64,000 nt of DNA from Eledone cirrhosa (GCA_964016885.1 OZ024742.1:33046001-33110000), one strand, 5' to 3'. Positions 1-15,174 are shown, counted from the stretch's first letter. The notes: generated by a model not told the origin, from the sequence alone. A program made the numbers and translations.

Positions 1-113
1 TCTAAATAAAATATTTTTCCCAATATCACACATCAATCTAAAACCACTTTTCATATGTTGATTTAAAACTGCACTATCCACAAGTGTTTTTTAGCCTTCA
101 TATCATGTTCTCC

Positions 114-184
114 TGTTTTATCTGATGAAAACACAAATATTATTGCATGATGATGTTTGTTTTTGAAATGCGCATAATAAAATA
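114..184 (+). ncRNA. Minimal type-I hammerhead ribozyme motif (Penelope-like remnant)
   Basis: Stem I TTTTAT(116-121)/ATAAAA(177-182); core CTGATGA 122-128; stem II AAACACAAATAT/ATGTTTGTTTTT; GAAA 165-168; palindromic A-TGCGCA-T; cleavage triplet AUA. Confidence 0.75.
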
Positions 185-224
185 CATGGAACTCCTTTAA
201 CCATCTTTTGATCTTATATTATAA

Positions 225-256
<32 letters not shown>

Positions 257-261
257 ATATA

Positions 262-295
<34 letters not shown>

Positions 296-300
296 AATAA

Positions 301-2214
<1,914 letters not shown>

Positions 2215-2274
2215 TATTTCGTTTCTGAATTTGTTTAGCAAGATTCTTTATCTGAAAACGTGTGTTGAAACCGA

Positions 2275-2890
2275 TATTGTTATACTTTGGGAGGGTCATG
2301 TTGCCAATAAGAAACACACGCACCAGTTGCTTTCACTTCAATTTATTATAATAAATTTATAAATTTAGGAATTTATAAATTTCCAGTTGGTTGGTTGGTT
2401 CCACGACCAGATGGTTGTTTATATATTGTCAAAGTTCTTTCGTCACACATTCTGTGACCTCTTCAGTGACTGGGGATTCCTTTCTTTGTTTCTCTCCTTC
2501 GTTCTGTCCTACGCCATCTTGTTTCTGCGTGTGTGTTGTGTGTTCAGTCTGCGCATGCGCCACATCTGAGTGTCTGTGTGTGTTTATATTCGTTTATTTA
2601 TTTGTTTATTTACATGTTACTGGTTGGTTGTTTGTTCTATGTGCGTGTGTGTTTTCATTTTGTCCTTAATTGTAAGTTGTGATGTTGCTGTCCCACTCAT
2701 GTTTTCTATTTAATTTTGGTTGTAATTCTTTTATGTTTATTGCCTCTGTGATTTGTCTAAACATTGCGTCTTTTCTGTGTGTAGATTCTATTTTTATTTC
2801 TATGTTCTCTAATTTACCCTTATGTTCTATTTTAGCATGTTGGTAGAGTACAGATAATTCTTTACTATCTTGAAGGTCTCGGCGATACAT
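2275..2890 (-). mobile_element. Penelope-like element 3' fragment (GIY-YIG C-terminus plus pLTR with hammerhead)
   Basis: ORF 2666-2890 ends ...[23 protein letters not shown], typical of a PLE endonuclease C-terminus; downstream hammerhead motif; homologous copies at 14242 and 49250. Confidence 0.75.
2428..2470 (-). ncRNA. Minimal hammerhead ribozyme motif
   Basis: Minus strand reads GTCA-CTGAAGA-G-GTCACA gaatg TGTGAC-GAAA-GAAC-TT-TGAC. Confidence 0.65.
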
Positions 2891-2957
2891 ACATATATAT
2901 ATGTATGTATGTATATATAAATAAATGTATGTATGTATATATATATATGTATGTATG

Positions 2958-3042
<85 letters not shown>

Positions 3043-3063
3043 ATATATATATATGTATGTATG

Positions 3064-3122
<59 letters not shown>

Positions 3123-3223
3123 ATATATATGTATGTATGTGTATATATATATGTATGTATGTATATATATATATGTATGTATATATATATATATATGTAT
3201 GTATATATATATATGTATGTATG

Positions 3224-3298
<75 letters not shown>

Positions 3299-3309
3299 GT
3301 ATATATATA
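2886..3309. repeat. (TA)n/(TATG)n compound microsatellite
   Basis: Direct inspection; one of many such tracts. Confidence 0.97.
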
Positions 3310-3417
3310 GGAACCAGTAAGACCCCGATGGCTGAGCTCAAGCCGTTTCGACGGCTAATTCTGAATTAGCCGTCGAAACGGCTTGAGCTCAGCCGTCGGG
3401 GTCTTACTGGTTCCTAT
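3307..3417. repeat. ~55-bp-arm palindrome containing the 3' half of a hammerhead (PLE fold-back)
   Basis: ATAGGAACCAGTAAGACCCCGATGGCTGAGCTCAAGCCGTTTCGACGGCTAATTC-T-GAATTAGCCGTCGAAACGGC...GGTTCCTAT, one mismatch. Confidence 0.9.
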
Positions 3418-3494
3418 TACCCACTCTACTACCCTAAGTATTGAGTACTTTGGTGCGTTATGGTCCAACTGGTTCCTTACCACATTTCCTTCGT

Positions 3495-3567
<73 letters not shown>

Positions 3568-3660
3568 ATATATATATATGTATGTATGTATATATATGTA
3601 TATGTATGTATATATATATGTATGTATGTATATATATATATACATACATACATATATATA

Positions 3661-3880
3661 TGCTCACCGACATCCAGAGTTGACATTGCACTCAGTGCTC
3701 CTTTGGGAGCCCCTACATGGACACACTAGAAGTGGAAGACCAAGGTTAACATATGTTGATGCCCTAAGGACAGACACTGGTCTGTTGGAGATGCAGGATA
3801 TGGCAGCGATAATGAGGGACAGAGACCGCTGGAGAGAACTCGTCCATGGATCTCGGGAATTTTACCCGCCTTAGATAGAT
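3661..3880 (+). mobile_element. 3' end of a different RTE-like LINE family
   Basis: Peptide [34 protein letters not shown]...RDRWRELV, typical of an RTE C-terminus; short (TAGA)n tail. Confidence 0.7.
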
Positions 3881-3917
3881 ATATATGTATGTATGTATGT
3901 ATATATATATATATATG

Positions 3918-3988
<71 letters not shown>

Positions 3989-4006
3989 ATATATATATAT
4001 ATATAT

Positions 4007-4585
4007 GATAAATTCCGACCTCACACACTTACACCTCTCCAAGACAATGTCACTGGACCGAGACCTTTGGCGGTACTCAGTAATAGAGAAGACCCGCCTT
4101 ACCTAAATACAAAGTAAAACCTACTACAGTCAGCAGGCATCTCTAACAAAATACACCCCCGTCCCACCACCCCGCCCCTTTCAATGTAAAGTTATGTTGG
4201 TGCCACAACATTCAGGCCGAAACATATGAGATCGTGTAGGTGTCATGACAAAAAAAACACACAGTCCACGCTGTAATGTGGCCGTGTAGGTAACACGGTA
4301 AACACCTCCCAGTCCCACACTGTAAATATGGTTGGTGTTAGGAAGGGCATCCAGCTGTAGAAAACCCGCCAGACAGTCCACGCTGTAATGTGGCCGTGTA
4401 GGCAACACGGTAAAAACCTCCCAGCCCCACACTGTAAATGTGGTTGGTGTTAGGAAGGGCATCCAACTGTAGAAAACCCGCCAGACAGTCCTATGCGAGC
4501 AAGACAACCACTCTTGCCTCAAGTGGGAAAACTCCGGTCCAAACCCATGCAAGCGTGGAAGATGGACGTTAAACGATGATGATGA
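4007..4585 (+). mobile_element. RTE subfamily B 3' fragment with duplicated 112-bp UTR unit
   Basis: Encodes [32 protein letters not shown]; 3' UTR and (GAT)n tail. Confidence 0.9.
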
Positions 4586-4593
4586 TATATGTA

Positions 4594-6386
4594 TCATCAT
4601 CACCGTTTTACGTCCGTTCTTCCACGCTAGCATGGGTTAGACGGGTTGTCCTGTTGTGGGCAGTGTCTGGTCGGCTGACCATGCCTTGCTCATACAGGAA
4701 CTGATCTGGCTTGATTTCTACAGCTGGATGCCCTTCCTAACACCAACCTCATTTACAGTGAGTGCTGGGTGCTTTTTCGTGGCGCCTACACGTCCACTTT
4801 ACAGTGTGGGCTGGGTGCTTTTTTGCCGTGGCACCTCCACGACCACCTTGCGGTGGGGGGGGGGGGGCATATTGTTTATATGCTTCAGCATGTACCCATG
4901 GGAGGTCGGGTACCCTGTATTACTGCGTGACGCCAGAAGTCACGGTCGTGTGTCATTGACTTTGAGAGGTGTAGTTGGGTAAGGTCGGCTTTTATCACCT
5001 CATCCCAAGTCATCTTGGGTCTCCCCACTCCGCGGTTTCCATCAACTTCTAGTGCTCTGCACCTTTTTATGCAGCTGTCATCCTTCATACGCATCACATG
5101 TCCATACCAGCGTAACCGCCTCTCCTGCACGCAGCATTTGATTCCTCTTATGCTCAGTCTCTCTCTCAATTCATTTATGCTTTGTCGTTCACGTATATTA
5201 CTGTTACACATCCATCGGATCATGCAGGCTTCGTTTCTCTCTAATCTACGTAGGTCTTCCACCTTCAGCGCCCAGGTCTCACTACCATGCAACATCGCTG
5301 TTCGGATACACGCATCATACAGTCTGCCTTTCATTCTGAGGGAGAAGCCTTTTGCAGCTAGCAGTGGTAGTAGTTCCCTAAACTTCTTCCATCCCGTTCT
5401 TACCCTAGTTATTGTACTTTCTGAGCACCCACCTCCGTTGCTAATTCGGTCACCTAGGTAGCAGAAGCTGTCTACTGTTTCTACAGGGCCCTCCCAGAGA
5501 TTGGTGGTACTTGTTTCCTGTGGCTGTTTGCTTGCTGTTTCAGCACAGCTGCTGCATGTGAATCCTACATTCTTAATTAAGCTTCCTGAGATCCCGCTAC
5601 ATCTCTTGTGTACCCATTGTTTGCATTTGGGGCAAAGAATGGAGTTCCTACCTACACCTTTCCTACATACTGAGCAAGGCCATTTCCCTGAGGGGATCTG
5701 GGTTCTGTTTTCTCGTCTACTTATAAGGACCTTAGTCTTTGTCATGTTGACTTTGAGGCCCTTTCTCTCTAGTCCCTGCTTCCAGGTTTGGAATTTATTC
5801 TCTAGTTCTACCATAGATTCAGCTATGAGTGCGAGGTCATCAGCATACAGGAGTTCCCATGGGCATCCGGTCTTAAACTCCTCCGTTATTGCCTGCAGGA
5901 CTATGATGAACAGGAGAGGGCTAAGAACAGAGCCCTGGTGGACCCCAACCTGTACGCTAAATTCCTCGCTATACTCATTGCCAATCCTAACTTTGCTGAC
6001 TGCTCCCCTATACATGGCTTGTACCGCTTTCACAAGCCATTCATCTACTCCTAGTTTTCTAAGAGCCCACCAGATTACTGCACGTGGAACTCTGTCAAAG
6101 GCTTTCTCAAGGTCGACAAATGCCAAGTAGAGTGGCTTACTTTTAGCTAGGTACTTTTCCTGTAATTGCCTCACAAGGAAGAGCGCATCAGTGGTGCCTT
6201 TCCCTGGTACAAACCCAAATTGCATCTCGTCTATATTCACCCGGTCCCTAATCAGCTGTGCTATAACTCTTTCTGTTACTTTCATGACCTGGTCCATCAA
6301 CTTTATACCTCTATAGTTTCCTCTATCTAGTGCATCGCCTTTACCTTTGTAGCAGTTGACAATGATGCTACTGCACCAATCTTTTG
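4594..6386 (-). mobile_element. RTE LINE subfamily A, 5'-truncated, RT-PHD ORF uninterrupted
   Basis: 471-aa ORF 4885-6300 nearly identical to the copy at 301-2102. Confidence 0.94.
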
Positions 6387-6478
6387 TATGTATGTATATA
6401 TATTTATATATATATGTATGTATGTATATATATTTATATATATATGTATGTATGTATATATATATACATATATATATG

Positions 6479-6509
<31 letters not shown>

Positions 6510-6516
6510 GTATATA

Positions 6517-6616
<100 letters not shown>

Positions 6617-6674
6617 GTATATATAAAATAAAGTTAAATACAAGTTCAATGATTAAAATTTAGCTTCGTTTATT

Positions 6675-6712
6675 ACTGCTATATATATTTGGTTGTGATC
6701 TCTTCAGGCAGT
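6675..6712 (-). ncRNA. Degenerate hammerhead motif (G12 lost) in a PLE-like remnant
   Basis: Minus strand reads ACTGC-CTGAAGA-gatcacaacc-AAA-TATATA-TA-GCAGT. Confidence 0.5.
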
Positions 6713-6877
6713 TTGAATTAGTATGGTATAGACAAGTACATATGTTGTTTAGGTGTATAATATTGTCAATACTCTGATATGCCCAGTTCCTTGTTGGGTT
6801 GTTATTTCACTGAGGAACTGGAGTCATATATCTATATCTATATCTATATATATCTATATCTATATATATCTATATCT

Positions 6878-9670
6878 ATCATCATCATCATCATCAACGT
6901 TTAACGTCCGTGTTCCACGCTTGCATGGGTTTGGACGGGGGTAGTCCCACTTGAGGCAAGAGTGATTGTCTTGCTCGCATAGGACTGTCTGGCAGGTTTT
7001 CTACAGTTGGATGCCCTTCCTAACACCAACCACATTTACAGTGTGGGTCTGGGAGGTTTTTACCGTGTTGCCTACACGGCCACATTACAGCGTGGACTGT
7101 GTGTTTTTTTGTCGTGACACCTACACGATCTCATTTGTTTCGGCCTCGATGGCGCGGCACCAACATAACTTTACATAGAACGGGGTGGTGTGGATCGGGT
7201 GGGGGTGGTGGTGGTGGGACGGGGTGTATTTTGTTAGAGATGCCTACTGGCTGGAGTAGGTTTTACTATATATTTAGGTAAGGCGGGTCTTCTCTGTTAC
7301 TGAGTACCGCCAAAGGTCTCGGTCCAGTGACATTGTCTTGGAGAGGTGTAAGTGTGTGATGTCGGAGTTTATCAGCTCGTCCCAGGTTTTTCTAGGTCTG
7401 CCTATTCCGTGACTACCGTCTATCTTTATTGCCCTGCACTTTGTTATACAGCTATCGACTTTCATGCGCATCACGTGTCCATACCAACGTAGCCTTCTCT
7501 CGAGTAAACAACATCTGATCCCTCTTATCTCTAATTTTTTCCTTAGTTCGTTTATGCTTTGCCGTTCACGTATATTACTGTTACACATCCAGCGGAGCAT
7601 GCAAGCTTCGTTCCTCTCTAGTCTGCGTATATCCTCTGCACACAATGCCCAGGTCTCACTGCCATGCAGCATTGCTGTTCGTATGCAGGCATCATACAAC
7701 CTGCCTTTCATTTTTAGTGAGAACCCTTTAGCAGCTAATAGTGGTATAAGCTCTCTGAACTTTTTCCAACCAGTTCTGACTCTAGCTACAGTACTTTCAG
7801 AGCACCCTCCCCCACTGCTGATTTTATCGCCCAGGTAACGGAAGCTGTCCACTATTTCTATAGAACCCTCTGCGCAATTGAAAGAGCTAGTAGTTTGTGG
7901 GCACTTGCTGCTACTTATTGCACCAGAGCACCGGCCACATGTAAAATCTATGTTCTTAGTTAGCTTACCTGTGATCCCACTACATCTTTTATGCACCCAT
8001 ACTTTGCATTTAGGACATAAAATGGAGTTTCGACCTACGCCTTTCCTACACACCGAGCACGACCATTTCCCAGAAGGGACCGCCGCCTTGTTTTCTTTCC
8101 TACAAACTAGAACTTTGGTCTTAGCCAGGTTAATTTTAAGTCCTTTTGACTCTAGGCCGTGCTTCCATGTTTGGAATTTCTTCTCTAGCTTGGCCATTGA
8201 TTCCGCTATGAGTGTCAGGTCGTCTGCGTATAGGAGTTCCCATGGGCAGCCTGTCTTGAACTCCTCTGTTATAGCCTGAAGGGCAATAATAAATAGTAGG
8301 GGGCTGAGAACAGAGCCCTGATGGACGCCAACTTTTACGCTAAACTCTTCACTATATTCGTTGTTAATTCTAACCTTGCTGACTGTTTCTTTATACATGG
8401 CTTGTATAGCCCTCACAAGCCATTCGTCAACGCCTAGTTTTCTAAGAGCCCACCAGATAATGGAGTGGGGGACTCTGTCGAAGGCTTTCTCCAAGTCGAC
8501 AAAAGCTAAGTAGAGGGGTTTACCTTTAGCTAGGTACTTCTCCTGTAGTTGTCGTACTATGAAAAGAGCGTCTGTGGTACTTTTGCCTGACACAAACCCG
8601 AACTGCATTTCATCTAGGTCAATTCTCTCTCTGATTAGTTTCGCTATTACTTTTTCCGTGACCTTCATGACCTGGTCGATTAATTTAATGCCTCTATAGT
8701 TACTCCTATCTAGGGCGTCTCCTTTACCTTTATAACAGTTAACGATGATGCTGCTATGCCAGTCCTTCGGAACAACCCCATTCTGTACGACTTGGTTAAC
8801 TATGCGGGTGACCATGGTGTGTCCCACCGTGCCAGATGCCTTCAGCATCTCAGCAACTATTTCCGAAGGCCCAGCCGCCTTACCCGTCTTCATATCCTTG
8901 ATTGCCTTACTTATTATACTCCCCTCGACTAACACTGCTGGTCCCTCTATTGGGTCGATATGGGGGAGACTGTCTTTCTCCCATTTATTCTCCTCATTTA
9001 GTAGCCTTTCATAGTGACACTTCCAAGCTACCTTCTTATCAGCGTCGGTGATGGCAAGTGTGCCATCGTCGTTTAGTACACACTTCTCCCCGACAATATC
9101 ACGGTTTTCCTTGACGCATTGCCTAGCAATCCTGAACACCTCACGTTTTTGGTCATCGCGTTGTAGAACATGCTTGAACTTTCTTTCCTCAGCTTCCCTT
9201 CTTGCTAAGTACACTTGTCTCCTAGCTTCCCTCCTGGCCACTTGATAGTCTTCTCTACTTCCCCCATCCCGCCATACTTTCCAAGCCTGCTTTTTGGCCT
9301 TAATTGACCCCTCCACCTTACTGTTCCACCACCATGTTACTCTCCTCCTGCCTACAGGCCTGCTCCAGCCACAGACTTCGTCTGTCGCCAACAGCAGGTT
9401 TGCTTTCAGAAATTCCCACTCTCCCTCTATATTGTCCGACTCTAAATGTTCTTCCTTACTGTCGAAAGCATCAAGTAATATGCTTTGAAATTTATTCCTG
9501 GCTGTGGGGTCCTTTAGCTTCCATATTTTTCTCCTGAGGATAGTCCTCTTCTGCTGTCGAGTACGTCTCGTCCTGACTATGAGGTTGCTAATTATCAGTC
9601 TATGTTGGGAGGTGCATTCTTCATGGGGGAGGGATTTAGTGTTTACAACAGACACTCTGTCACGTCTTCT
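6878..9670 (-). mobile_element. RTE LINE subfamily B, 5'-truncated, 793-aa uninterrupted ORF
   Basis: ORF 7274-9655 covers APE tail, linker, RT and PHD finger; (GAT)n tail; TA flanks. Confidence 0.95.
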
Positions 9671-9679
9671 ATATATATA

Positions 9680-9746
<67 letters not shown>

Positions 9747-9824
9747 TCTAAATACTTGTTGAGTGCTTTATATCAGTTATAAAAATATTTGCTTGTTGTA
9801 TCCCAACAATTTAAATAGAACTTT

Positions 9825-9872
<48 letters not shown>

Positions 9873-9917
9873 CATATATATATATACATATATATATACA
9901 TATATATACATATATAT

Positions 9918-11667
9918 AGAGAGAGAATTGACCTAGATGAAATGCAGTTCGGGTTTGTGTCAGGCAAAAGTACCACAGACGCTCTTTTCATAGTACGACA
10001 ACTACAGGAGAAGTACCTAGCTAAAGGTAAACCCCTCTACTTAGCTTTTGTCGACTTGGAGAAAGCCTTCGACAGAGTCCCCCGCTCCATTATCTGGTGG
10101 GCTCTTAGAAAACTAGGCGTTGACGAATGGCTTGTGAGGGCTATACAAGCCATGTATAAAGAAACAGTCAGCAAGGTTAGAATTAACAACGAATATAGTG
10201 AAGAGTTTAGCGTAAAAGTTGGCGTCCATCAGGGCTCTGTTCTCAGCCCCCTACTATTTATTATTGCCCTTCAGGCTATAACAGAGGAGTTCAAGACAGG
10301 CTGCCCATGGGAACTCCTATACGCAGACGACCTGACACTCATAGCGGAATCAATGGCCGAGCTAGAGAAGAAATTCCAAACATGGAAGCACGGCCTAGAG
10401 TCAAAAGGACTTAAAATTAACCTGGCTAAGACCAAAGTACTAGTTTGTAGGAAAGAAAACAAGGCGGCGGTCCCTTCTGGGAAATGGTCGTGCTCGGTGT
10501 GTAGGAAAGGCGTAGGTAGAAACTCCATTTTATGTCCTAAATGCAAAGTATGGGTGCATAAAAGATGTAGTGGGATCACAGGTAAGCTAACTAAGAACAT
10601 AGATTTTACATGTGGCCGGTGTTCTGGTGCAATAAGTAGCAGCAAGTGCCCACAAAATACTAGCTCTTTCAATTGCGCAGAGGGTTCTATAGAAATAGTG
10701 GACAGCTTCCGTTACCTGGGCGATAAAATCAGCAGTGGGGGAGGGTGCTCTGAAAGTACTGTAGCTAGAGTCAGAACTGGTTGGAAAAAGTTCAGAGAGC
10801 TTATACCACTATTAGCTGCTAAAGGGTTCTCCCTAAAAATGAAAGGCAGGTTGTATGATGCCTGCATACGAACAGCAATGCTGCATGGCAGTGAGACCTG
10901 GGCATTGTGTGCAGAGGATATACGCAGACTAGAGAGGAACGAAGCTTGCATGCTCCGCTGGATGTGTAACAGTAATATACGTGAACGGCAAAGCATAAAC
11001 GAACTAAGGAAAAAATTAGAGATAAGAGGGATCAGATGTTGTTTACTCGAGAGAAGGCTACGTTGGTATGGACACGTGATGCGCATGAAAGTCGATAGCT
11101 GTATAACAAAGTGCAGGGCAATAAAGATAGACGGTAGTCACGGAATAGGCAGACCTAGAAAAACCTGGGACGAGCTGATAAACTCCGACATCACACACTT
11201 ACACCTCTCCAAGACAATGTCACTGGACCGAGACCTTTGGCGGTACTCAGTAACAGAGAAGACCCGCCTTACCTAAATATATAGTAAAACCTACTCCAGC
11301 CAGTAGGCATCTCTAACAAAATACACCCCGTCCCACCACCACCACCCCCACCCCATCCACACCACCCCGTTCTATGTAAAGTTATGTTGGTGCCGCGCCA
11401 TCGAGGCCGAAACAAATGAGATCGTGTAGGTGTCACGACAAAAAAACACACAGTCCACGCTGTAATGTGGCCGTGTAGGCAACACGGTAAAAACCTCCCA
11501 GACCCACACTGTAAATGTGGTTGGTGTTAGGAAGGGCATCCAACTGTAGAAAACCTGCCAGTCAGTCCTATGCGAGCAAGACAATCACTCTTGCCTCAAG
11601 TGGGACTACCCCCGTCCAAACCCATGCAAGCGTGGAACACGGACGTTAAACGTTGATGATGATGATG

Positions 11668-11669
<2 letters not shown>
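9918..11669 (+). mobile_element. RTE LINE subfamily B, 5'-truncated
   Basis: ORF 9942-11276; nearly identical to 6878-8630 in the opposite orientation. Confidence 0.95.
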
Positions 11670-11714
<45 letters not shown>

Positions 11715-11717
<3 letters not shown>

Positions 11718-14170
11718 TCATCATCATTATCACCGTTTTACGTCCGTTCTTCCATACAGGAACTGATTTGGCTTGATTTCTACAGCTGGATGCCCTTCCT
11801 AACACCAACCTCATTTACAGTGAGTGCTGGGTGCTTTTTCGTGGCGCCTACACGTCCACTTTACAGTGTGGGCTGGGTGCTTTTTTGCCGTGGCACCTCC
11901 ACGACCACCTTGCGGTGGGGTGTGTGGGGCCATATTTTCTATATGCTTCAGCTTGTACCCATGGGAGGTCGGGTACACTGTATTACTGCGTGACGCCAGA
12001 GGTCACGGTCGTGTGTCATTGCCTTTGAGAGGTGTAATTGGGTAAGATCGGCTTTTATCACCTCATCCCAGGTCATCTTGGGTCTCCCCACTCCGCGGTT
12101 TCCATCAACTTCTAGTGCTCTGCACCTTTTTATGCAGCTGTCATCCTTCATACGCATCACATGTCCAAACCAGCGCAACCGCCTCTCCTGCACACAGCAT
12201 TTGATTCCTCTTATGCTCAGTCTCTCTCTCAATTCATTTATGCTTTGTCGTTCACGTATATTACTGTTACACATCCATCAGAGCATGCAGGCTTTGTTTC
12301 TCTCTAATCTACGTAAGTCTTCCACCTTCAGCGCCCAGGTCTCACTACCATGCAACATTGATGTTCGGATACACGCATCATACAGTCTGCCTTTCATTCT
12401 GAAGGAGAAGCCTTTTGCATCTAACAGTGGCAGTAGTTCCCTAAACTTCTTCCATCTCGTTCTTACCCTAGTTATTGTACTTTCTGAACACCCACCTCCG
12501 TTGCTAATTCGGTCACCTAGGTAGCAGAAGCTGTCTACTGTTTCTATAGAGCCCTCCCAGAGATTGGTGGTACTTGTTTCCTGTGGCTGTTTGCTGCTTG
12601 CTGTCTCAGCACAGCTGCTGCATGTGAAGCCTACATTCTTAATTAAGCTTCCTGAGATCCCGCTACATCTCTTGTGTACCGATTGTTTGCATTTGGGGCA
12701 GAGAATGGAGTTCCTACCTACACCTTTCCTACATACTGAGCAAGGCCATTTCCCTGCGGGGATCTGGGTTCTGTTTTCTCGTATACTTACAAGGACCTTA
12801 GTCTTTGTCATGTTGACTTTGAGACCCTTTCTTTCTAGTCCCTGCTTCCAAGTTTGGAATTTCTTCTCTAGTTCTACCATAGATTCAGCCATAAGTGCGA
12901 GGTCATCAGCATACAGGAGTTCCCATGGGCATCCGGTCTTAAACTCCTCCGTTATTGCCTGCAGGACTATGATGAACAGGAGGGGGCTAAGAACAGAGCC
13001 CTGGTGGACCCCAACCTGTACGCTAAATTCCTCACTATACTCATTGCTAATCCTAACTTTGCTGACTGCTGTAATTGCCTCACAAGGAAGAGGGCATCAG
13101 TGGTGCCTCTTCCTGGTACAAACCCAAATTGTATCTCGTCTATTTTCACCCGGTCCCTAATCAACTGTGCTATAACTCTTTCTGTTACTTTCATGACCTG
13201 GTCCATCAACTTTATACCTCTATAGTTTCCTCTATCTAGTGCATCGCCTTTACTTTTGTAGCAGTTGACAATGATGCTACTGCACCAATCTTTTGGTATG
13301 GCACTTTTGGTATTACCTGGTTAACAATACGTGTGGTTATAGTGTGACCTACAGACCCAGATGCCTTCAGCATCTCGGCAGCTATACCCGATGGACCGGT
13401 TGCCTTCCCCATCTTCATATCTTTGATTGCCTTACTTACTACGCTGCTGCTGCTGACTTGTACTGCTGGTCCCTCTATAGGGTCTACTTGGGGTAGGGTC
13501 TCTTCTTCCCATGCATTCTCCTCATTTAGTAATCTATCATAATGACTCTTCCATGCATCTTTCTTCTCAGCACTTGTGAGGGCAAGCTCACTTTTATCAT
13601 TCTGGATACACTTCTCTCCAATGACATCACAACTATCTCTGACACACTGCCTCGCAATCTTGAATACCTCCTGTTTCTGGTCCTCACGTTGCAAAACATG
13701 CTTGAATTTTCTATCCTCTGCTTCCCTCCTAGCTAAGTATACTTGTCGCCTAGCTTCCCTCTTGGTCACTATGTAATGTACCCTGCTCCCCCTGTTCTTC
13801 CATTCTTTCCATGCCTGTCTCTTGGCCTTAACTGCTTCATCTTCCTTATTGTTCCACCACCAAGTCACTCTCCTCCTGCTTGAGGTCTTACTCCAGCCAC
13901 AGACCTCATCCGTCGCCTCTAGTAAATTATTTTTTAGGAACTCCCAGTTCTCTTCTACATTAAATGTCTGTATCTGTTCTTCTTTACTGTCGTTGGCGTT
14001 GAGTAAAGTATCTTTAAATCTGTTACTGGTTGAGGGGACTTTCAGCTTCCAGATCTTTCTTCTCCAGGTTGGCCTCTGTTTCCGGGTTCGTCTAGTTCTG
14101 ACCGTGAGGTCGCTGACAACTAAGCTATGTTGGGATGTACATTCCTCACTAGGGAAGGCTTTTGTGTTTA

Positions 14171-14172
<2 letters not shown>
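11715..14172 (-). mobile_element. RTE LINE subfamily A, decayed, with internal deletions
   Basis: Fragmented ORFs 11948-13868; ~157-bp deletion at ~13070 and ~70-bp UTR deletion at ~11755. Confidence 0.92.
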
Positions 14173-14241
<69 letters not shown>

Positions 14242-14248
<7 letters not shown>

Positions 14249-14490
14249 ATACTTTGGGAGGGTCATGTTGCCAATAAGAAATACACGCACCAGTTGCTTT
14301 CACTTCAATTTAATATAAATTTAATTTATAAATTTAGGAATTTATAAATTTCCGGTTGATTGGTTGGTTCCACAACCAGACGATTGTTCATATATTGTCA
14401 AAGTTCTTTCGTCACACATTCTGTGACCTCTTCAGTGACTGGGGATTCTTTTCTTTGTTTTTGTGCCTCTCCTTTGTTCTGTCCTATGCC
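14242..14490 (-). mobile_element. Penelope-like pLTR copy with hammerhead motif (14397-14439)
   Basis: High similarity to 2275-2510, including CTGAAGAG-GTCACA...TGTGAC-GAAA. Confidence 0.75.
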
Positions 14491-14538
14491 AGAAAAAAAC
14501 ACTTACGAGCAGTGAAGTGTTAAATTGACATTTTATAT

Positions 14539-14592
<54 letters not shown>

Positions 14593-14617
14593 TATACACA
14601 CACATATATATATAGAC

Positions 14618-14689
<72 letters not shown>

Positions 14690-14708
14690 GGATAGGCTGA
14701 AAAAAAGG

Positions 14709-15130
<422 letters not shown>

Positions 15131-15174
15131 GCTTACATTTATATAACCAACTTTCCATGTGTGTGTATATATAT

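Noticed and set aside
2244-2280. CTGAAAA...GAAA motif
   Set aside because: Core mismatch and no supporting stems
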